DNA from: Candidatus Omnitrophota bacterium
GTDB taxonomy: Bacteria > Omnitrophota > Gorgyraeia > B26-G9
Direction of reading: 5' to 3'
NCBI GenBank assembly: GCA_043826565.1
Contig: JBDRPX010000012.1
Location: 7,974 to 71,973, forward strand
DNA: 64,000 bases
The position numbers and the translations under genes were made by a program. Position 1 is the first letter of the stretch. Each line of letters opens with the position of its first letter. This document shows positions 39,285 to 49,264 of this stretch, in pieces. The notes under the pieces were generated by a model. That model was not told the DNA's origin, ran no database searches, and saw nothing but the letters and a program-made list of their open reading frames with translations.

Positions 39285-40640
39285 ATGAGTAGCCGCAGGA
39301 TATTCAAGGTAATAATTACCGCGTTTGCCGCAATTTTAATGTGCGCGGGCTATCTGGGTGCTGAGGAGCAATCTTCCTACAGCCCCAGCCTGGTCTATGT
39401 CAGCGGTAATAATCTGATGTTCGCCTGGAGATGTCCCGACGGGTCTCTGGAAAAAACTAAACCGCTGATTTTTCGGGGAGTAACCTGGGCCGCGGCAACA
39501 CAGGCTCCGCATGACGGGCCGAATCCTCTAAATAATTCCGAATCCGTTCCCTATGGTTTTTTCTTTGACTGGGAGGGGCGCTCTCCGCAGGGGCATGAAG
39601 TTTTTGCTTACTGGTTAACCCGTGAATACGCAAAATATTATGATGTTGATATTGGTTACATGAAGAGGATGAATGTCAATGTCGTAAGAGTTTATACTCA
39701 CTTTGGCTTGGCTCCGCGGGAATATACCCGCATATTGGATAAATTTTATGATAAGAAAATAATGGTTATTTTAACTGTTGCCGGCTCAAAAAGAGAAATT
39801 GACAGCGGGGAATATTTGAAAGTCGTTAATGCCTATAAAGATCATCCGGCTATTTTAATGTGGTCTTTGGGGAATGAATGGAATCTTGATTATAACCGGT
39901 ATCACGGTTATCAGACTATAAAAGAAGCGGCCCAGGCAACTGATCACGCGGCTGGGGAAATAAAAAAGATCGATCCCGGGCATCCGGTAAGCACTTGTTT
40001 GGGGGACCGGTTTGTTGATGATGAAGCAGAGAATACTGTTGCTGCGGTTGTCCAGCTGTGCCCGAATATTGATATCTGGGGCTTCAATGTGTATAGAGGA
40101 AAGAGTTTTGGCAGTCTTTTTTCTCAGTGGGAAAAAATATCCGAAAAACCCATGTATATCAGCGAATTCGGGACAGATTCTTTTTATACGCAAAACTATA
40201 AAATTGCTAATGATTTTCAGGCGATAGCTTGTGTTGGGCAAAAAGATGAGGATATGCAGGCGCAATATATTTTAGGCCTTTGGGAAGAGATCTCGGATAA
40301 TCTTTCCGCTTTGTATGAAAATAAGCAATGTTTAGGCGGGTTGGTCCATGAGTTTAATGATGAGTTGTGGAAAGTCGGCTGCTACCATGTGGATATGGGG
40401 GATATGATTGATTACGATTTTCCGGAACAGGGGTATTCTTATACAGAATATAATACGGAAGGATTCTATTTGCCCGGCGGGCATCCTGATGATGTGGCTA
40501 ATGAGGAATTTTTCGGGGTAATGGATGCTCAGCGCAATCCCAAAAAAGTATTTATCCAATTGCAGAATTACTATGAGAAATTATCTTTTACCGGTGAATA
40601 TACATTCAAGGGGTGTTCAGACGCGGGGACCTTAAAGTGA
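39285..40640 (+). CDS. Secreted clan GH-A glycoside hydrolase (GH2 TIM-barrel-like)
   Basis: Signal peptide, NVVRVY, HPAILMWSLGNE, ISEFG, EEFFG. Confidence 0.8.
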   Translation: MSSRRIFKVIITAFAAILMCAGYLGAEEQSSYSPSLVYVSGNNLMFAWRCPDGSLEKTKPLIFRGVTWAAATQAPHDGPNPLNNSESVPYGFFFDWEGRSPQGHEVFAYWLTREYAKYYDVDIGYMKRMNVNVVRVYTHFGLAPREYTRILDKFYDKKIMVILTVAGSKREIDSGEYLKVVNAYKDHPAILMWSLGNEWNLDYNRYHGYQTIKEAAQATDHAAGEIKKIDPGHPVSTCLGDRFVDDEAENTVAAVVQLCPNIDIWGFNVYRGKSFGSLFSQWEKISEKPMYISEFGTDSFYTQNYKIANDFQAIACVGQKDEDMQAQYILGLWEEISDNLSALYENKQCLGGLVHEFNDELWKVGCYHVDMGDMIDYDFPEQGYSYTEYNTEGFYLPGGHPDDVANEEFFGVMDAQRNPKKVFIQLQNYYEKLSFTGEYTFKGCSDAGTLK

Positions 40641-41713
40641 AAAAAATCAAATATGCAGTAATCTATACGATTTATCTGATTGTTCTTTTCGCTGCCGCGG
40701 ATATTATTTATACGTCATTTTTTGAACATATTCCTCCTTTGCGCACGGAAGTATATTTACAGATGAGCGGGGAATCGATCCATCAAAAGGCCAAAGACCC
40801 GATGCTTGTCTATGAATTAAAGCCTTATGCAAAGGATCTCTCCCGGCAGTACTATATTAATTCCCGGGGTATGCGCGATAAAGAGCTGATGGATGAAAAT
40901 CCGGATCTTCGGGTGCTTGTCCTGGGTGATTCCATAACTTTCGGCCCGGAAGTAAAAAATGAAGAGCTGTTTACGGAAATCGCGGAAAATATTCTGGCTG
41001 AGCAGGGAGAGAGAGTAGAAATACTTAATGCCGGAGTATGCGGATATAATACGCGCCAGGAATTTCTGGCCTTAAAGACAAAGCATATCGATCTGGCTCC
41101 GGATCTGGTTATTTTTGCTTATTGTACGGATGACGCGACCGAAGCCGCAATACAGTATCTTCCGGATGATTATGTGCAAAAGGAGTTTTTTATAAAAAAA
41201 GGAAATATGCCGAAAGGCCCGGGAGCAATGCATTATCGTAATATTACTCCGCAAGATTATCTTTGCATGGTTTTCCCTGAGCAGTCTTTCTTCCCGTATA
41301 AGTTGGACCGGTGGCTGCTTAAAAATAGCGGGATTTACCGAACCATAGCCATAACCGCTTTTAAAAAACAAAATAATATAAGGGATGCTAAAGATATTCC
41401 GGCGTTTTTACTTGTTTTTGATTATGAGGAGCTTTTGCGGGAGATAAAAGAGTATGCGCGAAAGAATGAATTCCGGGTAGCGTTTATGACTTGTCCGACA
41501 GTCAGGTCATGGGATAATGAAGCGTTTAAAAAGCGTCTTGAAAATAGCGGAATAGCGTGTTGGGATCTGGCCGGGGTTATGGCCGAACGTCTTAAGCCGG
41601 ATGAGAATATCTGGGAGATTGACCCGCATTTAAATATAAACGGGCATAGGATGTTCGGAGAAGTGCTCGCGGAAAGTTTAAAACAGCAGATAAATTATTC
41701 TTCAGGGGAATAA
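40637..41713 (+). CDS. SGNH/GDSL hydrolase-family membrane-anchored protein
   Basis: VLGDSITFG, NAGVCGYNT, DPHLN; GTGA overlap with upstream stop. Confidence 0.85.
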   Translation: MKKIKYAVIYTIYLIVLFAAADIIYTSFFEHIPPLRTEVYLQMSGESIHQKAKDPMLVYELKPYAKDLSRQYYINSRGMRDKELMDENPDLRVLVLGDSITFGPEVKNEELFTEIAENILAEQGERVEILNAGVCGYNTRQEFLALKTKHIDLAPDLVIFAYCTDDATEAAIQYLPDDYVQKEFFIKKGNMPKGPGAMHYRNITPQDYLCMVFPEQSFFPYKLDRWLLKNSGIYRTIAITAFKKQNNIRDAKDIPAFLLVFDYEELLREIKEYARKNEFRVAFMTCPTVRSWDNEAFKKRLENSGIACWDLAGVMAERLKPDENIWEIDPHLNINGHRMFGEVLAESLKQQINYSSGE

Positions 41714-43191
41714 CTTGCGATATTTCTAAATTCTACGCGTTTTTCAAGCTGGTTAATATACTTGAAATAAAATACTATGTAGTGCCGCATTGATTTGAAT
41801 ATTCCTATTGTGCTTGATTGTCTGAGCACCTTGTATCCATAAAAAGCAAAAAACATCCATTTGTAAAAATGAGTTAGCGGTAAAGAGATGAGGAACGGGG
41901 TAAACGGGCGTAAAAATGGAAATTGTACGATAATGCCAAACAATTTATGTAAGTTAACAATCTTACGTTTCAGGTGCTTATCTCCAAAATCCAGGGCAGA
42001 ATCAGTTTTATTGGATACGCTTATTTTTTCAAAGTCGGCATTAAAAATTCCTTTTTGAATAGCTAACCGTCCGAGTTCTGTTGCCGGATATGGATAAAAA
42101 AGAGAAGACCATGCAAAATAAGGTTTGAGCGCAATATTAAAATTTAACGTTTCCATATCTACGGCCAAAGGATTATCCACCGGTAGTCCCAGGAGATTTT
42201 GAGTCATGATTTTGATTCTATATGCATGAAGAGTTGCGCGGGCTTTAGTTATTTGTTCATTAGAAAGATTTCGTTTGAGGACTCCTGCGGCGATCTTATT
42301 ATTTCCGCATTCTACCCCCATATTTACGTTTCGGCAATTTGCTTGTTTTAACAATTTGCAGATTTTTTCGTTCACTAAGTTTGCCCGCACATTACAGGTA
42401 ATCGGGCACCCGATCGTTTTGGGGTATTTCCCGGCAAATTCTTCCAGCCATCCTTTGGGTTTGAGCAGAAATATATCATCATTAATAAAAACACGGTCCA
42501 GAAAATACTGTTCTTTTACTTCCTTTATCTCCGCAATCAAATTATCCACAGAACGGTACCGTAGTGTTTTACCTTTATCTTTAGTCAGGGTATTGTAAGC
42601 ATGATTAAAGCAATAGGTGCATTGGTAGGGACAACCTCTCATTGAAATAAACATCTTGAATCCCTTAGCACATAAAGCGGGATCAGCGCCGTAAAATAAT
42701 TTCCTGTCGGGAAAAGGAAACGCATCCAAGTTTTCCGCTAAAGGACCGATTTCGTTTTCAATAATACTGCCGTCAGGTTTTTTAAACCAGAAGTTCGGAG
42801 TGTTATAAAAGTCCCGGCCTCGTTCCATGAGATTAACCAGCTGCGGGAAGTAAATATCTCCTTCTCCGCGGCAAAGGGCATCGACGTTTTGTTTTTGAAT
42901 CATATCCGGCATGAATGTCGGATGCGGCCCGCCGAAAACAGAAAAGCAGTTATAGTGAGTTCGGATCATTTGATTTAAATCAATGTGATAGTTATGTTCT
43001 CCGGTCATAATACTGTAAGCAAGGATATGCGGTTTAAAGTCTTTTACTCTTGCCACACATTCCTGCTCAGAGAACTCTTCCGTTAATAGCAATGTTACGG
43101 TATGGCCGTGTTGTTTAAAGATGCTCGAAAGCGTCATTATTCCTAATCGTTCGAACATCCCTGTGTTTTTGAGTAAAAATTGAATTCTCAT
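41695..43191 (-). CDS. B12-binding radical SAM protein
   Basis: GGPHPT, GEGD, RGCPYQCTYC, MGVECG. Confidence 0.92.
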   Translation of the reverse strand: MRIQFLLKNTGMFERLGIMTLSSIFKQHGHTVTLLLTEEFSEQECVARVKDFKPHILAYSIMTGEHNYHIDLNQMIRTHYNCFSVFGGPHPTFMPDMIQKQNVDALCRGEGDIYFPQLVNLMERGRDFYNTPNFWFKKPDGSIIENEIGPLAENLDAFPFPDRKLFYGADPALCAKGFKMFISMRGCPYQCTYCFNHAYNTLTKDKGKTLRYRSVDNLIAEIKEVKEQYFLDRVFINDDIFLLKPKGWLEEFAGKYPKTIGCPITCNVRANLVNEKICKLLKQANCRNVNMGVECGNNKIAAGVLKRNLSNEQITKARATLHAYRIKIMTQNLLGLPVDNPLAVDMETLNFNIALKPYFAWSSLFYPYPATELGRLAIQKGIFNADFEKISVSNKTDSALDFGDKHLKRKIVNLHKLFGIIVQFPFLRPFTPFLISLPLTHFYKWMFFAFYGYKVLRQSSTIGIFKSMRHYIVFYFKYINQLEKRVEFRNIASYSPEE

Positions 43192-43223
43192 CCGTACGTC
43201 CTTGAATTGCGAAAGTGTTCAGG

Positions 43224-43264
43224 ATATAACATTTGAAATCACCTACTGGGTTGTGCTGTAAAAA
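43224..43264 (-). mobile_element. Degenerate/truncated integron attC site
   Basis: Minus strand GGTGATT-TCAAAT-GTTATAT (L', R'); left half eroded (TTTTTAC). Confidence 0.5.
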
Positions 43265-44198
43265 TCTCAAGAGCTAATATTTTATGTGCTAATCTTTCAT
43301 TAAACTCAGCACTTGGATGGCTGTTCTCTTTGGAAATTATGCTGTTCCCGTATCGCTTTTCTAAAAGTTCATCAATATGATAGAAATACATCCCGTTATC
43401 AAGGCAGTATTTTTCTAATTTCCTATTATAGTTTTCAAATCTTTGATTTGTTGTATAACTAAGGATTATTATTTTCGTTTTTTTACTGCTCGAGGCTAAA
43501 TTGCTTAAGGGATCCTGGATATATTTAAAAAACCGTTCTTCCGATAAATCTTTAAATATTTCCTCATAAACTTTATTAGAATAATATTGCATAAGCGTCT
43601 TTTTTGTAAAAATAGAATTAAAGGGCGGAATGAAATACTTATGATCAGTTTCGATTATTTTGTGAAGTTTTTCCTGGATCAAAGAAGAAGCACAGATATC
43701 GTTAATTAAGAGTATTTGAAAAATTATTACTTTAGGCGGAGACATATTCACCCATTTAGAAAAATAGTTAGCTACCGAATCGTTGATATTAGCATTAATC
43801 GTAGCTAAATTTATATATTTATTTTTACCGCAGATTTTATTTAAAAAATAAGAAATTGTTTGATCGTCGTTTAGTCCTTCCCCCAAAAAAAACGAGTCTC
43901 CCAGCAATACGACATTATCATCTCCGGATCTATTAATTTCGAATAGGTTCCGGGATCCGAAATTATTTATTGTAACATGAAATTTTTTGTTAGAAATACT
44001 TTTGAAATCACCAGAGTGAGAAAAGTAGGATAATCTGGATAAATTTGGAGTATAATTTTCAGGCTCGATTGTTTTTATATCAGGAAAACTATATTTACAT
44101 AAAAAGCGTATTGCTATTAAAGAGCTGATATAAAAATAGATGGTTAAAGCAAAAATTAATCCATTTATATATATTTTTTTATTTTTAATTATTTTCAT
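43239..44198 (-). CDS. SGNH-like membrane-anchored protein (AT-rich gene cassette)
   Basis: INNFGSR, LLGDSFFLG, NDI, SHPS; ATG a few nt after attC R'. Confidence 0.75.
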   Translation of the reverse strand: MKIIKNKKIYINGLIFALTIYFYISSLIAIRFLCKYSFPDIKTIEPENYTPNLSRLSYFSHSGDFKSISNKKFHVTINNFGSRNLFEINRSGDDNVVLLGDSFFLGEGLNDDQTISYFLNKICGKNKYINLATINANINDSVANYFSKWVNMSPPKVIIFQILLINDICASSLIQEKLHKIIETDHKYFIPPFNSIFTKKTLMQYYSNKVYEEIFKDLSEERFFKYIQDPLSNLASSSKKTKIIILSYTTNQRFENYNRKLEKYCLDNGMYFYHIDELLEKRYGNSIISKENSHPSAEFNERLAHKILALEIFTAQPSR

Positions 44199-44202
44199 TA
44201 TT

Positions 44203-44278
44203 TTTTAACATTGGCATCACCTGACTCGACCGAGCCGATTCGGCGAGGGGAGAGGTTAGGTGGATAAAGTTGTTATAC
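44203..44278 (-). mobile_element. Integron attC site (76 bp)
   Basis: GTATAAC-AACTT-TATCCACC ... GGTGATG-CCAAT-GTTAAAA; extra C in L''; upstream stop codon lies in R''. Confidence 0.82.
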
Positions 44279-44629
44279 GCCAAATATTTTCGACCTAAAC
44301 ATAAAGAATATTGCTCCAAGCAAGCATAGCCCTGCCCATAAATAATCATAAGTGATTTTTTCTTTCATAAAAAAGATTGAAAATGGTACAAAAACCATTA
44401 GCGTGATTATTTCTTGAAGAATCTTTAGTTGTCCAACATTCATAACTTGATGTCCAATCCTGTTTGCAGGTACTTGCAATAAATATTCAAAAAATGCTAT
44501 TCCCCAACTGATAAGTGCCGCAACAATCCAAGGCTTATGATTTAGATGTTTGAGGTGGCCATACCAAGCAAAAGTCATAAAAATGTTACTGCAGCTCAGT
44601 AAACCTATTGTTAAATAAATATGTTTCAT
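44273..44629 (-). CDS. Small DMT-family membrane protein (DUF486-like; gene cassette)
   Basis: SNIFMTFAWYGHLK, SWGIAFFEYLLQVPANRIG, QLKILQE. Confidence 0.9.
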   Translation of the reverse strand: MKHIYLTIGLLSCSNIFMTFAWYGHLKHLNHKPWIVAALISWGIAFFEYLLQVPANRIGHQVMNVGQLKILQEIITLMVFVPFSIFFMKEKITYDYLWAGLCLLGAIFFMFRSKIFGV

Positions 44630-44649
44630 ATTTTTCCTTTTAATTTTTC

Positions 44650-44725
44650 ATATAGCGTTTAAGCTCACCTGCCTGTGCCCAATCCCGAAAGGGCGCGGGA
44701 AAAGAGCAGGTGCAGTGTGTTGGTA
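44650..44725 (-). mobile_element. Degenerate integron attC site (76 bp)
   Basis: TACCAAC-AC-ACTGCACCTGC ... GCAGGTGAGC-TTAAAC-GCTATAT (GTT core mutated to GCT). Confidence 0.6.
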
Positions 44726-44868
44726 GAGGTTTTTATTTCCCTTATAATAATAGCACTTTGGGGGGAGGGTATCAAGGAAAACACTTGATTATTACCAGGG
44801 TAAACATATAATGAAATAAACCCATATAATATGCTTAAAAGGTAAAGATTAGAGAGGAAAGGGGCGGA

Positions 44869-45537
44869 ATGAGTTTTAAGGAAAAGGACTTATTTATATT
44901 TGATTTAGACGGAACATTGGTGGACGCGTATAAAGCCATTGAGCAGAGTTTGAATTTTACCCGGAAGAAATTTGGGCTTACACCGATCGATTATAATACT
45001 GCCAAGCGGAATGTCGGAAAAGGGGATAAGCCTTTTGTCGATATGTTTTTCCCTAAAGAACTGCGGGATAAAGCGGTAGATGTTTACCGCGAACATCATA
45101 AACAGGCAATAAAAAGGTTTGCTCAGCCCAAGGAATACGCGAAGATGCTGCTTTATCGTTTAAAACAAAAAGGAAAACTTTTGGCGATCGCTTCCAACCG
45201 CCCGGCGTTTTATACCGATATAATTTTAAAAAATCTGGATATGAAAAAATATTTTGATTGTGTGCTTTGCGCCGATGATGTTAATAGCTGGAAGCCAAAG
45301 CCGAAAATTTTGCAGGAAGTATTAACAAGGCTTAAAGTTCCGAAGGAAAAAGCCGTATACACCGGAGATATGGATGTTGATCTGGAAACCGCAAAAAGGG
45401 CAAAAATGGAGGCAATATTTATTGCCGGCGGATCCAGCCCGCTTTCGGATGTTAAACAATATAAGAATAAGATAGTCGTACATTCATTAAAAGAATTATA
45501 TGGCTTGGTTAATGGAAAGGTAAAGAGGTGGGATTAA
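44869..45537 (+). CDS. HAD-family hydrolase (phosphoglycolate phosphatase-like)
   Basis: FDLDGTLVD, ASN, KPKP, GDMDVD. Confidence 0.92.
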   Translation: MSFKEKDLFIFDLDGTLVDAYKAIEQSLNFTRKKFGLTPIDYNTAKRNVGKGDKPFVDMFFPKELRDKAVDVYREHHKQAIKRFAQPKEYAKMLLYRLKQKGKLLAIASNRPAFYTDIILKNLDMKKYFDCVLCADDVNSWKPKPKILQEVLTRLKVPKEKAVYTGDMDVDLETAKRAKMEAIFIAGGSSPLSDVKQYKNKIVVHSLKELYGLVNGKVKRWD

Positions 45538-45540
45538 GCT

Positions 45541-46299
45541 ATGCGGATTATACGGTTTTTATATAAGGGAAAAGAATCCTGGGGAATTGTCAAAGACGGC
45601 CGGGTTAAATTATTAAAAGCAGAGCCGTTTTCTAAAATAATTATTACTAAAGAGACGGTTCCTTTTAAAAATGTGCAATTACTGGTCCCGGCACAAGCCG
45701 GTAAAATCGTTTTGGTGGGTTTAAATTATAAAGACCATGCCCGTGAGCTTAAAATGAAAATTCCAAAAGAGCCGATCATTTTCTTAAAACCGGCTACCGC
45801 GCTGATCGCGCATAAACATAAGATTATTTATCCGCGGGGAGTTACGCGCTTGGATTACGAAGCGGAATTGGCTTTAGTAATAAAGAAAAAAGCAAAAAAT
45901 ATTACGGAAAAAGACGCGCATAAATACATTCTGGGCTATACCTGTCTGAATGATGTTACGGCCCGTGATATTCAAAAAAAAGACGGCCAATGGACCCGGG
46001 CAAAATCATTTGATACGTTTTGTCCGGTCGGCCCCTGGGTGGAAACAGACCTTGATCCTTCGGATGTAAAGATTACTTCTTTTTTAAATAAAAAAATCAA
46101 GCAGGAATCCTCCACGGCGAACTTTATTTTTTCTGTACCGTTTCTGGTGGCGTTTATTTCCCGGGTAATGACTTTACTGCCCGGAGATATTATTTCTACG
46201 GGAACTCCTTCGGGAGTAGGAAAGATGAAGCCATCAGATAATATTTCTGTGGCTATTGAAGGTATCGGGCAGCTGGAAAATACAGTTATAAAGGAATAG
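45541..46299 (+). CDS. Fumarylacetoacetate hydrolase family protein
   Basis: VGLNYKDH, DYEAEL, NDVTARD, KSFDTF, TGTPSG. Confidence 0.94.
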   Translation: MRIIRFLYKGKESWGIVKDGRVKLLKAEPFSKIIITKETVPFKNVQLLVPAQAGKIVLVGLNYKDHARELKMKIPKEPIIFLKPATALIAHKHKIIYPRGVTRLDYEAELALVIKKKAKNITEKDAHKYILGYTCLNDVTARDIQKKDGQWTRAKSFDTFCPVGPWVETDLDPSDVKITSFLNKKIKQESSTANFIFSVPFLVAFISRVMTLLPGDIISTGTPSGVGKMKPSDNISVAIEGIGQLENTVIKE

Positions 46300-46322
46300 G
46301 TTATTTATGGTTTTTAAAAAAT

Positions 46323-46357
46323 ACAATCTTCAATTTTCAACTTTCAATATTCAATTA
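46323..46357 (+). repeat. Heptamer repeat, right arm of the GAAAATT/TCAAT family
   Basis: acaatct tcaattt tcaactt tcaatat tcaatta. Confidence 0.7.
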
Positions 46358-46361
46358 TAAT

Positions 46362-47648
46362 ATGTGGAAAAAGACGCGTTATTTTTCCGTGATATTAGTA
46401 CTTTTAATTGTCGCTGGTTTCTTTTCGTTTGTCTATATGCTGCTGCGGACAACCAAAGGATCGGAATTAATTACCCGGGCAGGAATCTCTTATTATTTAG
46501 ATTCTGAGGATATCTTGATCGGGGATATCGAAGGCGACCTTTCGCAAGGATTAATATTTAATGAAGTCGAAATAAAAAACTTAAAAATGCTTCCGCAAGG
46601 CAGTATTATTAAAGTGCAAAAGCTTAGCGTGAGTGCTCAGGAATATTCTTTACGGGAAGTTAATTTTGATATATATAACGGAAGATTGCAAATGCCGGGC
46701 TCGGAACCGGTTATTTTTTACGGCAGCTATAAAAACGCTTTGCTTGATCTGACGGTATATTCCAAACATGTGTCTATGCGGGATATATTTGATTTATTTG
46801 TGGATAATATTACCCTGCAGAATATTTCCGGACAGGTTAAGGATATGGATATAAAGATCCAGGGCTCTTTATACGCCCCGCGGCTGACCGGTTCTTTGTA
46901 TGTGGAAAATTTAAAACGAATGGGGTTTTTACTGCAGGACTCTCCGGTTATATTTGATATAACCCTTAATGATATTAAAAATAATATTAGATTGATCGGA
47001 GAAGTGATCCTGAAAAAAGGAGCAATATCCGCCCGGCAGACTAAAGCGGATTTGCTGGAAAGTAAAATAATATTTTCCGGAGATCCCAAACAGCCGTCTT
47101 TTAATTGTGCCGGTAAAACAGTAATAGAGAATGTTGCAATTGAAATATTGTTTAAGGGCACGGCAAATGATCCGGAGCTGATACTTTCTTCTACTCCGCC
47201 TCTATCCAGAGGCATGCTTTTAGCGATGCTGGTTACCGGAAAACGCTGGCAGGGAGCAGAGGATACGATTAGTCAAGGGCAAATATCTCCGGATATTATT
47301 AAAGATGTTGTTGATTATATTATCTTTACCGGATCGGGAAAGACTTTGACGCGGTATTTTAGGCTTGAGAATATTTCGTTTACTCTTGATTCTGATAAAA
47401 GAGGGGTGGCGGTAACCAAGGGAGTTTCTAAAAAAACAGAAGTCAGTTATGGAATTAAACAGGCAAATGTCGCCGATGAACAAAATTTAAAGACTACACA
47501 TTCAGTGGGTGTGGGGTATAATATAAATGCTGATGAATCTGTTTCTGTAGAAGCGGAGCGGGAAATTAAACCTTTAGAACAAACAGATGAGCAGCAAAAA
47601 CAGCAAGCCGACGAAAAGTTAATGATAAAATTTAAAAAACAGTTTTAA
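46362..47648 (+). CDS. Short TamB-like (translocation/assembly module) protein
   Basis: N-terminal anchor, GTANDPELILSSTPPLS..LAMLVTG TamB-like motif, terminal F. Confidence 0.65.
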   Translation: MWKKTRYFSVILVLLIVAGFFSFVYMLLRTTKGSELITRAGISYYLDSEDILIGDIEGDLSQGLIFNEVEIKNLKMLPQGSIIKVQKLSVSAQEYSLREVNFDIYNGRLQMPGSEPVIFYGSYKNALLDLTVYSKHVSMRDIFDLFVDNITLQNISGQVKDMDIKIQGSLYAPRLTGSLYVENLKRMGFLLQDSPVIFDITLNDIKNNIRLIGEVILKKGAISARQTKADLLESKIIFSGDPKQPSFNCAGKTVIENVAIEILFKGTANDPELILSSTPPLSRGMLLAMLVTGKRWQGAEDTISQGQISPDIIKDVVDYIIFTGSGKTLTRYFRLENISFTLDSDKRGVAVTKGVSKKTEVSYGIKQANVADEQNLKTTHSVGVGYNINADESVSVEAEREIKPLEQTDEQQKQQADEKLMIKFKKQF

Positions 47649-47659
47649 CGGAGGGCGAT

Positions 47660-48382
47660 ATGAATCTACTGATATTTCTTATAATTATTATGATATCTTT
47701 TATAATTGTAAGGATCGGCGCAATTGCTTTTGAATTGACCGGACTGGAATGGTCATTAGCAAAATTTCAATCACTTTCCTGCTTTACCGGAACCGGGTTT
47801 ACAACCCGGGAATCGGAATTAATTACCGGCCATCCCCAGCGCAGGGAGATCGCTTCGACCCTGATGATCTTGGGAAACGCGGGACTGGTCACTTTGATCG
47901 CGACATTTGCCAATACCCTGCGCGCGGATGTTGTGATGAAAGAATTTACCTTGCCTTTTTTTGAATGGGCTATCCCCGCGTCTTTTCTTCCGTGGATAAA
48001 GCTTATGTTTGTGGCCGGGGCTCTTTTTATGCTCTATAAACTATTCCGCAATAACACGCTTACCCGGAAGCTGTCGGAGTATATCCGCGAGCGTTTGATC
48101 AAGAAAAATATTATTAAAGTTGCTTCTTTTGAAGAACTCGCGCTGGTTGCCGAAGGGTATGGAGTATCGAGCGTGGATATCGGCGAAAGCAGTCCGATTA
48201 TTAATAGCAGTATTATAGAATCTCACTTAAGGGATTTTGATGTTACGGTTTTAGCGATTGAGCGGGACGGTAAGATTATCCCTAATCCTACGGCCAGCCG
48301 GAAAATTCTTTTGAATGACCGGGTCGTGTGTTTTGGTAAGCCGGCAAATGTAAAAAAGGCTTTATGCGGAGATAAAGATTAG
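47660..48382 (+). CDS. Membrane protein with TrkA-C (RCK_C) domain
   Basis: AKFQSLSCFTGTGFTTRESE, VLAIERDG..PNP. Confidence 0.85.
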   Translation: MNLLIFLIIIMISFIIVRIGAIAFELTGLEWSLAKFQSLSCFTGTGFTTRESELITGHPQRREIASTLMILGNAGLVTLIATFANTLRADVVMKEFTLPFFEWAIPASFLPWIKLMFVAGALFMLYKLFRNNTLTRKLSEYIRERLIKKNIIKVASFEELALVAEGYGVSSVDIGESSPIINSSIIESHLRDFDVTVLAIERDGKIIPNPTASRKILLNDRVVCFGKPANVKKALCGDKD

Positions 48383-48386
48383 CTGA

Positions 48387-48415
48387 TTGACAGTATCTGC
48401 GCGCAGCGGTATACT
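48387..48415 (+). promoter_or_regulatory. Sigma70-type promoter
   Basis: TTGACA-17-TATACT. Confidence 0.65.
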
Positions 48416-48432
48416 ATAAATCAAAATTAACT

Positions 48433-48475
48433 GATACCCCCAGGGACGGGAAAGTGTCTTCGGGGGTGTTTTATT
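48433..48475 (+). terminator. Terminator-like hairpin
   Basis: GATACCCCC..GGGGGTGTT followed by TTATT. Confidence 0.55.
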
Positions 48476-48505
48476 AAAAAGTAACCAGAAACCAGAGGGA
48501 AAAAA

Positions 48506-49255
48506 ATGTTTAAAAAAATTATTTTAAGTATTATTGCGGTAATTTTGGTTTTGCTGGTAGTGATTGCGGTAGGGAAAAATATTATTGCCAAGGAAGCAAT
48601 AACTAAAGGGGTTAAGGCGATTACCGGCTTGACCTTAGAAATAAAAAAGATGAATATCGGGTTTGCCTCGACTCTTATCGGCATCGAAGGGCTGCAGTTA
48701 TTTAACCCGGATGATTTTGAAGATAGAATTATGGTTGATTTGCCGGAAATATATGTCGACTATGATTTAAAAGCATTTTTGGATAAGAAAATACATTTAG
48801 AAGAAGTGCGTTTAAAGCTGAATGAATTTGTTGTGGTTACCCGGGCGGATGGAACCCGGAACATTGATGCTTTAAATGCCGCGCCGGCTAAAGACGAAAA
48901 GAAACCAAAAAAGGAAGCAGCACCTAAAGAACAGGGAAAAGCTCCGGAATTTAAAATTGATGTATTGCAATTAAAAGTCGGGAAAGTTGTGCTTGTTGAA
49001 TATGACCGCAAGGGAAAACGCTCCGTAAAAGAGATCAACGTGAACATTGATGAGCGGTTTGAGAATATTGATGACCCGCAAAAATTTGTACGTTTAATTG
49101 TGACTAAGACACTGATGAAGACAGCTCTGGATGTGGGGAATTGGAAAGACGGAGTTTCCGGGTTGTTGAAAGATTCAACCGGAGTGGTAACCGGTACTGC
49201 CGGAGATGTTGTGGATCAGGCCAAGGATAAACTGAAAAAGCTTTTGCCGTTTTAA
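48506..49255 (+). CDS. AsmA-family N-terminal domain protein
   Basis: N-terminal anchor, LFNPDDF, IHLEEVRL..NID. Confidence 0.7.
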   Translation: MFKKIILSIIAVILVLLVVIAVGKNIIAKEAITKGVKAITGLTLEIKKMNIGFASTLIGIEGLQLFNPDDFEDRIMVDLPEIYVDYDLKAFLDKKIHLEEVRLKLNEFVVVTRADGTRNIDALNAAPAKDEKKPKKEAAPKEQGKAPEFKIDVLQLKVGKVVLVEYDRKGKRSVKEINVNIDERFENIDDPQKFVRLIVTKTLMKTALDVGNWKDGVSGLLKDSTGVVTGTAGDVVDQAKDKLKKLLPF

Positions 49256-49264
49256 GATTGGTTG

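Noticed and set aside
41660-41760. attC site after the B12 radical SAM gene
   Set aside because: None visible; the gene end overlaps the convergent SGNH gene, so its cassette status is unsupported
42542-42550. DnaA box TTATCCACA
   Set aside because: Isolated and inside a coding sequence; no origin-like cluster
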